32,000 nt of DNA from Candidatus Velamenicoccus archaeovorus (GCF_004102945.1 NZ_CP019384.1:1530001-1562000); one strand, 5' to 3'. Positions 15,676 to 22,800 are shown, numbered from the stretch's first letter. A program made the numbers and translations. Notes: generated by a model from the sequence alone, not told the origin.

Positions 15676-18591
15676 TCAAACGGATTTCAAAGGCTCCTGC
15701 CAGGCCGCTTTCAGAGAAACCACGGGAGTTTCTACGCACCCTTCACCCTTGAGCCCGAAAATCTTCAAGACCGGATGTTCGGTGACACAGCCGGCCAGAC
15801 GAAAGATAGAACCCTTGAGGGCGCGCTCAAAGACCTTGCCGTGCTGACGCTCGACTTCAACGATAAAACGCGAGTGGGACTCGGAAAAAAGAATGGAATC
15901 GTTGCGCTTCTGACGGCCGCTCCAAACAACGTCGCTCAAGAAAAGATTTGCGCCCAGGCCGCCGGCCAGGCACATCTCCGCCAACGCAACGCCCAGGCCG
16001 CCTTCGGAGCAGTCATGGATGGAACACACGAACCCCTTGGCCGAGGCCGCCGCCAGACGGTGCATGAGCCTGCGCGCCCCGGCAAAATCGACCACGGGCA
16101 CCTGGCCGCCCCTGGCCTTGATCCGCTCGTAATAATGCGAACCGCCGAGCTCCGGCCGCGTCTCTCCGACGACATAAATCAGGTTTCCTGGCGTCTTGAG
16201 ATCCATCGTGACACAGCGGCCGACATCGGCCATGACGCCTATCGCCGAAATCAAGAGCGTCCCGGGGATCGCGATGGTCCTTTTGCCATGCGTGAATTCA
16301 TTGTAAAAACTGTCCTTGCCGGAGATGAATGGAACGCCGAAGGCCTTGGCCGCGTCATAACATCCGTAGGCGGCGCGCACAAGGGCGCCCAGCCGGTCCG
16401 GCTTATCGGGATTCCCCCAGCAGAAATTATCCAGGATCGCCACTTCATCGAGGGGGCATCCGACGGCCACTAACTGCCGCAAGGCCTCATCGATGCATCC
16501 GGCCGCCATCCAGTAAGGATCCAGGTCGCCATATTTAAAATTAATGCCGTTGGAAACTGCAAATCCGCGCAGAGAATCGAAACGCGGTTTAATGACACAG
16601 GCATCCGACGGCCCGTCATTGGCGGCGCCGACGAGGGGTTTGACCACCGTACCGCCCTGCACCTCGTGGTCATACTGACGGATGACCCATTCCTTGGAGG
16701 CGATATTGGGCATGGACAAAAGCCCCAGCAAATCCTGTGTAAGGTCTTTTTTGGGACGGCGCGCTTTCTCTTTGATGCGCGGCGCCTGCCAGGAGGCGCG
16801 TTTGGTCGTGCGCGGCAGGCCATCGTGCACGAAGGCCATGTCCAGATCGCATACCTTGTGTCCGTCATAGAAAAGCTCAAGCCGGCCTGAATCCGTGAAT
16901 TCCCCGATAACGGTCGCCTCCACATCCTGCCGGCGGAAGAGATCGACGAGCCTCTCGACCTTGTCTTTGGCGACAGCCAAAACCATCCGCTCCTGGGCCT
17001 CGGAGATCCATATCTCGGTATAACTCAACCCGTGATACTTCAAAGGCACTTTCTCCAGCATGACGCGCGCCCCGCACTCCGCGCCCATCTCCCCAATGGC
17101 GCTGGACAAGCCGCCGGCGCCGCAATCCGTAATCGCCTCATAAAGCCCTTCATCACGCGCCAGAAGGAGAACATCGAGCACCTTCTTTTCGGTGATCGCA
17201 TTGCCGATCTGGACAGCCCCGGAAGACAGGCTTTCGGACTCGTGCGTCAGCTCGCCCGAGGAGAATGTTGCGCCGTGGATGCCGTCACGGCCGGTCCTGC
17301 CGCCGACGACAACGATCACCTCGCCGGCAGAGACCTTCTTGAAAGATCTGTCTTTAGGCAGGATGCCGACTGTCCCGCAATACACCAGAGGATTGCCGAC
17401 AAAACGCTCGTCAAAAAGGACCGCGCCGTTGGCCGTCGGAATCCCCATCCTGTTGCCGTAATCCCGGACACCGCTGACCACGCCTTTCATGACGCGGCGG
17501 GGAGCCAAAGCCCCCTGAGGAAGCTTTTGTGCCGGATAATCCAGGGGCCCGAAACAGAAAACGTCAGTGTTCAAAATGGGCTTGGCCCCCAGACCCGTCC
17601 CGAGGGGATCGCGGATGACGCCGCCGATACCGGTGTTAGCGCCTCCATATGGCTCCAAGGCCGAGGGATGATTGTGGGTCTCGACCTTGAAACAAAGATT
17701 GAAGCGGTCGTCAAAACGGATGACACCGGAGTTGTCCTTAAAAACAGAAACACAATAGGGCTTTTTGAGCTGCTGCGTCGCCTTCACGATCGTCTCTTTG
17801 AGAAGGTTCGGGATGACACGGCTGCCGATCTTCCTGACATGGCAGGAACCGCTCGCCTTCTCGCGGTAATCGATCCGGCCGCGGAACGTCTTGTGGACGC
17901 AATGCTCCGACCAAGTCTGCGCCAGGGTCTCGAGCTCGCAGTCCGTGGGATTGCGCTTGAGCAAACGGAAATGGCGCTGGATCGCGCGCATCTCCTCGAT
18001 ATTAAGATAAAGCTGGCCCGTGCGGCTCAAGCGCTCCAGTTCCTTATCGCAAAGATCCACGATATCGACGATCTTAAGGGAAAACGCATAATCGGGGATA
18101 TTCGAAAAATCGCGCAGGCTGTGCTGGTCTTCCGGCAGAACGGATTGGATCAATTTATTGTAGAGGAGCTTCTCGGCTATGGACATGAGGTCCCGGCGGC
18201 CCACCGTCCCTTTGAAAAAATACCTCTTGGCCGTGCGGACGGCATTCACGCTTGAGATCCCCAGATCACGGATACCCCTCAACGTGGATTCTTCCACGGG
18301 CTCCATGACGCCGGGATTATAAATAATCTGCAAAGGGGTATATCCTGCGGGGGTCAAAGGGGTCTGGTCCTGCGCATAGACCTCGAAATCCTCAATGACC
18401 TGGTCGGTCAGGAGCTCTGCGGCGATGCGCCGGGCTTCCGTCTCTGTCGGCGACCCGACGAGAAAATAGATGTGGTGGAGACGGACGTCTGTGACGCCTT
18501 GATACCCGAGGTGGGCGATATCCGCCAGAAGGCCTTCACAGAAACCGCTGAAAACCCCCTCTTTTTCCTTGATTTCTACGCGCCAGTACAT
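15676..18591 (-). CDS. purL: phosphoribosylformylglycinamidine synthase, PurS-PurL fusion
   Basis: 971 aa. The first ~85 aa resemble PurS (MYWRVEIKEKEGV...DVRLHHIYFL...EDFEV). The rest is FGAM synthase II (HCVHKTF, ETHNHPSALEPYGGA, DCGAGGLSSA, DCSEGGLGVA). Confidence 0.9.
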   Translation of the reverse strand: MYWRVEIKEKEGVFSGFCEGLLADIAHLGYQGVTDVRLHHIYFLVGSPTETEARRIAAELLTDQVIEDFEVYAQDQTPLTPAGYTPLQIIYNPGVMEPVEESTLRGIRDLGISSVNAVRTAKRYFFKGTVGRRDLMSIAEKLLYNKLIQSVLPEDQHSLRDFSNIPDYAFSLKIVDIVDLCDKELERLSRTGQLYLNIEEMRAIQRHFRLLKRNPTDCELETLAQTWSEHCVHKTFRGRIDYREKASGSCHVRKIGSRVIPNLLKETIVKATQQLKKPYCVSVFKDNSGVIRFDDRFNLCFKVETHNHPSALEPYGGANTGIGGVIRDPLGTGLGAKPILNTDVFCFGPLDYPAQKLPQGALAPRRVMKGVVSGVRDYGNRMGIPTANGAVLFDERFVGNPLVYCGTVGILPKDRSFKKVSAGEVIVVVGGRTGRDGIHGATFSSGELTHESESLSSGAVQIGNAITEKKVLDVLLLARDEGLYEAITDCGAGGLSSAIGEMGAECGARVMLEKVPLKYHGLSYTEIWISEAQERMVLAVAKDKVERLVDLFRRQDVEATVIGEFTDSGRLELFYDGHKVCDLDMAFVHDGLPRTTKRASWQAPRIKEKARRPKKDLTQDLLGLLSMPNIASKEWVIRQYDHEVQGGTVVKPLVGAANDGPSDACVIKPRFDSLRGFAVSNGINFKYGDLDPYWMAAGCIDEALRQLVAVGCPLDEVAILDNFCWGNPDKPDRLGALVRAAYGCYDAAKAFGVPFISGKDSFYNEFTHGKRTIAIPGTLLISAIGVMADVGRCVTMDLKTPGNLIYVVGETRPELGGSHYYERIKARGGQVPVVDFAGARRLMHRLAAASAKGFVCSIHDCSEGGLGVALAEMCLAGGLGANLFLSDVVWSGRQKRNDSILFSESHSRFIVEVERQHGKVFERALKGSIFRLAGCVTEHPVLKIFGLKGEGCVETPVVSLKAAWQEPLKSV

Positions 18592-18629
18592 TGTGGAAGG
18601 ACCTTTTTTTCGAGAAAAACGGAAGATTT

Positions 18630-18658
18630 ACTATAGCAGAAAAAACGACAAAAATCAA
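18630..18658 (-). promoter_or_regulatory. extended -10 promoter of the purL operon
   Basis: The minus strand reads TTGATT (18658->18653), a 17-nt spacer ending cTGc, then TATAGT (18635->18630), about 40 nt upstream of ATG 18591. It is nearly identical in layout to the promoter at 20700-20728. Confidence 0.55.
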
Positions 18659-18904
18659 TCCTGTCAGAGACGCCGTTTCGCCCTAACATATGGCCAACGC
18701 TATAAGCGGGTTCCGAACAATCTGAAAAAAATTGAATTTCTTGGCGAGGCCTGTCTCTAACGGGGCCAACGCAGGCGCAACGGTCCTCCGAAGGCCATCC
18801 CCTGTTTCCATCCGAACTTTTCGTGTGGAATACCGGTCAAAACAACCGGCGCACACAAGAATGTACTCTCAAACAGAGACAAAAACGGTAGACCATCCGG
18901 CCTG

Positions 18905-20197
18905 TCACAAACCCAGGTTCTTGAAGATCCTGTTGATGTGCCGCAGATAATACCTGATGTCGAAGCACGCTTCGATCTCACCGGTGCTCAGGTGACGCTT
19001 GACCTTCGGATCGCTCAATAGGACGCCCTTAAAATCCCTGTTGAGCGAACGCGACGTAAACGCATTCTTCTGGACGATATCGTAAGCCACCGGCCGGCTC
19101 AGGCCTTTTTTCATCAACGCCAGAAGCACGCACTGGGAATAGATCAGACCGTTGGTCCGCCCCAGATTGACGAGCATGTTCTTAGGATACACATCGAGCC
19201 CCTCAGCCACCTCGATAAAAAGATTGAGGACATAGTCCAAGGCGATCGTCGAATCCGGCAGGACCACGCGCTCCACCGACGAATGGCTGATGTCGCGCTC
19301 ATGCCACAGGGCGATATTCTCAAGGCCGGCCATGGCATTGGCGCGCAGGAGGCGGCTCAAACCGCAAATCCGCTCGCAGATGACGGGGTTACGCTTGTGC
19401 GGCATGGCCGAAGACCCTTTCTGGTGTTTACCGAACGGCTCCTCGGCTTCCTGGACCTCGGTGCGGCTCAGATGCCGGATCTCGATGGCAAACTTCTCCA
19501 GAGAAGATCCTGTCATCGCCACGCTCATGAGGCAGGCGGCATGACGGTCGCGCGGGACAACCTGCGTGGAGCCGTAAGAAACCCCGAGGCCCAGTTTGGA
19601 ACAGACATATTCTTCGACCTCGGGTTCGATGTTGGAATACGTACCGATGGTCCCCGAAAGCTTGCCGACGGCAATGCCGTGCTGCGTGGCCCGTAGCCGT
19701 TCGAGATTCCTCTTCATCTCGTCGTGCCAGAGGGCTACTTTAAGACCGAAGGTCGTCGGTTCGGCGTGCACGCCGTGCGTCCGGCCGATGCAGGGGGTCT
19801 CTTTATATTTTTTGGCTGTTTTCGCCAGGATCGGCAGCAATCTCTCCACGTCTTCGATAAGGATATTAAAAGCATCCCGCATCTGCAGGGCCAGGGTCGT
19901 ATCCAACACATCGTTGGATGTCAGCCCCATGTGGATATATTTGGCGTCCGTCCCGAGACTCTCGGAAAGGTTATTGACAAAGGCGACGACATCATGCTTG
20001 GTCTTCTCTTCGATCTCCTTGATCTTCTGGATGTCGATCTTGGCCTTGGCCTTGATGGCAGCGATGGACTTTTTGGGAATGCGCCCCAGCTTTTGCCAAG
20101 CTTCGCACACACAGAGCTCGACAGCCAGCATGATATCGAACTTGTGTTCTTCGCTCCACACCTTGGCCATCTTCGGCAGACAATAGCGTTCGATCAT
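18905..20197 (-). CDS. purB: adenylosuccinate lyase
   Basis: 430 aa. MIERY..P.M...WSEE.K, HMGLTSNDV, and GSSAMPHKRNP (the fumarate-lyase signature). Confidence 0.95.
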   Translation of the reverse strand: MIERYCLPKMAKVWSEEHKFDIMLAVELCVCEAWQKLGRIPKKSIAAIKAKAKIDIQKIKEIEEKTKHDVVAFVNNLSESLGTDAKYIHMGLTSNDVLDTTLALQMRDAFNILIEDVERLLPILAKTAKKYKETPCIGRTHGVHAEPTTFGLKVALWHDEMKRNLERLRATQHGIAVGKLSGTIGTYSNIEPEVEEYVCSKLGLGVSYGSTQVVPRDRHAACLMSVAMTGSSLEKFAIEIRHLSRTEVQEAEEPFGKHQKGSSAMPHKRNPVICERICGLSRLLRANAMAGLENIALWHERDISHSSVERVVLPDSTIALDYVLNLFIEVAEGLDVYPKNMLVNLGRTNGLIYSQCVLLALMKKGLSRPVAYDIVQKNAFTSRSLNRDFKGVLLSDPKVKRHLSTGEIEACFDIRYYLRHINRIFKNLGL

Positions 20198-20690
20198 GCG
20201 TCACCTCTTAATTTTGTCTATAACAGAGTTTCTATCCCTTGCAAAATTAACTCCAAGCCTGCGAGAGAAATTTTACACCGGCCCACCCTGGTGGAAAATT
20301 TCCGAGCGCTTAGGCGAGGAGTAACGTCTATTCCTTGATTTTGCCTATAACAGGGTAACTTTTCCTTACACCTGGCCCTATCGGAAAGGGCCAGTACGCC
20401 GCTTTCTGCGGCGCAAAATCAACCCCGAGTCTGCGAAGAAAATTTTTGCCGACCCATCCTGGCAAAAATTTTCAAGCGTTTAGGCAAGGGGTAAACGCTT
20501 ATTCCTTAATTTTGTCTATAACAGGGTTTCTATCCCTTGCAAAATTAACTCCGAGCCTGCGAGAGAAATTTTACACCGGGTGGCGAAGCCCCCCTGGTGG
20601 AAAATTTCCGAGCGCTTAGGCGAGGAGTAACGTTTATTCCTTCTTTTGCCTATAACCAGGCATTTATTTCTCTCAAAATCAATTCTCTTA
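20198..20690 (-). repeat. 3.5 tandem mosaic hairpin-repeat units forming the purB 5' leader
   Basis: Units lie at about 20204-20328, 20329-20498, 20499-20633 and 20634-20690 (degenerate). P stems are 20208-20217/20241-20250, 20335-20344/20413-20422 and 20506-20515/20539-20548. H hairpins are 20249-20322, 20421-20492 and 20547-20628. Confidence 0.9.
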
Positions 20691-20699
20691 ACGGGGCTT

Positions 20700-20728
20700 A
20701 CTATAGCAGAGTTCAGGACAAGAGTCAA
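20700..20728 (-). promoter_or_regulatory. extended -10 promoter upstream of the purB repeat leader
   Basis: The minus strand reads TTGACT (20728->20723), the 17-nt spacer cttgtcctgaactcTGc, then TATAGT (20705->20700). Confidence 0.55.
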
Positions 20729-20760
20729 TCCCATTAGGGACCTTCGTTGCAAAAAACTAT

Positions 20761-20786
20761 AAAAAAAGATGCCGCTGGGGGCATCT
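20761..20786 (-). terminator. Rho-independent terminator after the 111-aa membrane protein gene
   Basis: The minus strand reads AGATGCC-cccagc-GGCATCT followed by TTTTTT(T). Confidence 0.75.
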
Positions 20787-20828
20787 GTCTATAAACAAAC
20801 TTAAGTATATGTAAAATAATAATTTACA

Positions 20829-21164
20829 TCATTTTACTATTTTGTGTGGAACGTCAATCACATCGTCATCTTTTGGCTCCCGCTTGGGGCTCCCCAAGGA
20901 AAAAAACCAGGACAAGAAAGCAGGCAGACCGATCAAAAAGAGGAAAAAGAGAAAACGACCGATCAGGGGGAAAACAAGGAAAAGGAACACAAAGCCGAAG
21001 AAGATCCCTTGCGCAAATGCCCATCGCACCAAAAGGGCCACCAGAAGAAGGCCGCCGGCCAAAAACGCCAGGCCCCCCAGCATGATAAAAAAAGCCGCCA
21101 CCCTCTGCGGCCAACCGCCAAGCTGAAAACGCTCCGAATGGAAATAAATCTTCATGGTTTTCAA
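20829..21164 (-). CDS. hypothetical small integral membrane protein
   Basis: 111 aa with three or so strongly hydrophobic segments (VAAFFIMLGGLAFLAGGLLLVALLV, IFFGFVFLFLVFPLIGRFLFFLFLIGLPAFLSWFF) and an acidic C-terminal tail. No family recognised. The four overlapping + strand ORFs are lysine-rich antisense artefacts. Confidence 0.5.
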   Translation of the reverse strand: MKTMKIYFHSERFQLGGWPQRVAAFFIMLGGLAFLAGGLLLVALLVRWAFAQGIFFGFVFLFLVFPLIGRFLFFLFLIGLPAFLSWFFSLGSPKREPKDDDVIDVPHKIVK

Positions 21165-21192
21165 TAAATGTTATGGATGCCGCCGGTCCTTT

Positions 21193-21708
21193 TTAAAACC
21201 AGCCGCAAAAGGCCAGCGCGCAGATCGTCTTGGCATCCAGGATCTTGCCGCGCCGCCAAAGCTCCCGCATCTGGCGCCTCGTAAAAATCTTTGAGTCGAA
21301 GACTTCATCCCGGTCTTTGGCCCTGGGGGAGACCTTGAGCCCCTCGGCTTTATAAATGGATATCCTTTCCGTTGCGTAACCGGGAACCGGATAAATCCTT
21401 CCCAAAAGAGAAATCCTGGACGCGGCATATCCCGTCTCTTCCTGGATCTCCCGGCGCGCGCAATCCAGGAGCGATTCGCGGCCTTCCCGCGTGCCGGCAG
21501 GGAACTCATAAAGCCAGGTGTCGACGGCAGGCCTGAACTGCCTGAGCAAGATCACGCGATCCCTGTCCAGGAACGGAACGATCAGGGCCGCCCCCGGATG
21601 CTCGATCACCTCTACGTCTGTCATACGGCCATCCGGCAGCCTCCTCAGGCACCGAACGAGGTCAAAGACGCGGCCGCGGTAAATCAGGGCTTTCGCATCA
21701 TTTTTCAT
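21193..21708 (-). CDS. NUDIX hydrolase (ADP-ribose pyrophosphatase-like)
   Basis: 171 aa with the Nudix box GTREGRESLLDCARREIQEETGY. Its overall length and layout resemble NudF/ADPRase. It overlaps the upstream EamA gene stop by 4 nt. Confidence 0.8.
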   Translation of the reverse strand: MKNDAKALIYRGRVFDLVRCLRRLPDGRMTDVEVIEHPGAALIVPFLDRDRVILLRQFRPAVDTWLYEFPAGTREGRESLLDCARREIQEETGYAASRISLLGRIYPVPGYATERISIYKAEGLKVSPRAKDRDEVFDSKIFTRRQMRELWRRGKILDAKTICALAFCGWF

Positions 21709-22124
21709 CGCAACAAAAATACCCCCAAAAGGACGAAGCCGATCCCGAACATCTTCGCCGTCGTCAATGCCTCTCCCAAGACAAGGATCCCCATAAGAAA
21801 AGCGATCAAAGGATAGGCCCCTGCAATAGGAGTGACCCGGGACACATCGCCGCCTTTAAGCGCGTTGTAAAACAACAACTGGCCGATAAAATTAGCGGTA
21901 AAACCGCCAAAGACGATCAGGCCGATGTTGCGCAAAGGCGTATGCGCCAGCTCGGACAGGATTTGAGGCCGCGCGACGAGAAGAACGATCGCTCCCGAAG
22001 AAACCGCCAGGCACCGGACAAAGATGCCCGCCGCAGGCGTCAGCCGCGACAACCCCATCTTTTCAAAAACCGGCACCAAACCCCAGACGAGAGCCGTCAA
22101 CAAAGCAAAATAATAAGATTTCAT
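21705..22124 (-). CDS. small single-domain EamA/DMT-family transporter
   Basis: 139 aa with 4-5 TM segments. The EamA-like pattern is ALLTALVWGL.PVF.K...TPAAG...NALKGGDVSRVTPIAGAYPLI...LGE. SD AAGGAG lies upstream. Confidence 0.75.
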   Translation of the reverse strand: MKSYYFALLTALVWGLVPVFEKMGLSRLTPAAGIFVRCLAVSSGAIVLLVARPQILSELAHTPLRNIGLIVFGGFTANFIGQLLFYNALKGGDVSRVTPIAGAYPLIAFLMGILVLGEALTTAKMFGIGFVLLGVFLLR

Positions 22125-22370
22125 GCGTCTCCTTGATTTTGCCTATAACAAGGTTTCTATTCCTTGCACCTGGCCCTATCGGAAAGGGCCGCACCTTGCC
22201 TCATTGGACTGGCAAGTGCGCCACCTTCTGTGGCGGTGCGCCGCTTTCTGCGGCGCAAAATCAACTCCGGGCCTGCGAAAAAAGTTTTTGCGGACTGGCC
22301 AGCTTCGCTGGCCGAGTCCTGGCAAAAATTTTCAAGCGCCCGCCACCACTGCTTAGGCGGACCCGCCGAT
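22125..22370 (-). repeat. mosaic hairpin-repeat unit (expanded P/S + H) between the cupin gene and the EamA gene
   Basis: P stem TTGATTTTGC 22133-22142 pairs with GCAAAATCAA 22255-22264 and encloses four GC hairpins (22171-22190, 22191-22219, 22218-22238, 22238-22256). The H module from 22263 has an apical GGCCAGC-ttc-GCTGGCC insertion (22297-22313). Confidence 0.85.
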
Positions 22371-22467
22371 CTTTAGGGACGGGCATCCCACAGGTTAAAG
22401 CCGGGGATGCCTGTGAAGGATTAGAAATTCCTTCAGCATCGGTTATTAGAAATTTAACCGCGTAATC

Positions 22468-22800
22468 CTATTCCCTGATCATCGTCAAGAGCATCTTGAA
22501 GCGCTCTTTGGCAAATACCGCGTGAGGCACGCCTGCCGGCATGATGACGAGACCTCCGGCCGACGCCACGACTTCGTCGTCGCCGATCAAAAGCCTGGCC
22601 TGCCCCTCCAGGACCTGGACAACGGCATCGAAAGGCGCCGTATGCTCGCTTAGATTCTGCCCGGCATCAAAAGCAAAAAGCGTCATGGTCCCCGCCGCTT
22701 TATCGACGAGGGTCTTGCTGACGACGGCCTGAGACGCGTAGGCGACGTCTTCTTTCAATTCAATCACATGTCTAAGCATTCCGTCTTCTCCTAGAAGCAC
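22468..22800 (-). CDS. cupin domain protein
   Basis: 110 aa with a single cupin barrel pattern (FDAGQNLSEHTAPFDAVVQVLEG...VIMPAGVPHAV). The start is uncertain (22800 or ATG 22779). Confidence 0.7.
   Translation of the reverse strand: MLLGEDGMLRHVIELKEDVAYASQAVVSKTLVDKAAGTMTLFAFDAGQNLSEHTAPFDAVVQVLEGQARLLIGDDEVVASAGGLVIMPAGVPHAVFAKERFKMLLTMIRE

Noticed and set aside
18659-18904. A ZTP (pfl), purine or PRPP riboswitch near the pur genes. I also checked 14842-14978 and 20198-20690.
   Set aside because: I found no ACUGGCG...CCGCCUGGGC (ZTP) core, no UAUAAUCGCGUGGAUAUGGCACGCAAGUUUCUACCGGGCA-like purine core, and no ykkC-type ACGR/GGGA elements on the transcribed strand. GCGCCTGCG at 18768-18776 on the minus strand is only a partial look-alike, and it lies upstream of the inferred purL promoter.
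20198-20690. A regularly spaced repeat block that could be mistaken for a CRISPR array.
   Set aside because: The intervening 'spacers' are themselves homologous between units (module H). The units are long imperfect palindromes of unequal length (125-170 nt). The repeat box is AT-rich and only ~24 nt. No cas genes or leader are present, and copies are dispersed singly at other loci.
20516-20752. Small ORFs inside the repeat blocks: 78 aa at 20516..20752 (-), 5874..6227 and 5884..6153 (+), 6196..6633 (+), and 22123..22465 (+, three frames).
   Set aside because: They run through repeated hairpin modules, have no SD or sensible start context, change frame between otherwise homologous repeat copies, and give low-complexity translations.
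22371-22467. A guanidine-type riboswitch or H-type pseudoknot upstream of the EamA transporter. Candidates were GGGACGGGCATCCC and the interleaved ACAGG/CCTGT and GGCATCCC/GGGATGCC pairs at 22381-22412.
   Set aside because: The ACGR-loop hairpin pattern of mini-ykkC is not met, and the best look-alike is on the non-transcribed strand. The interleaved stems have zero-length connecting loops, so they are mutually exclusive hairpins rather than a feasible pseudoknot.
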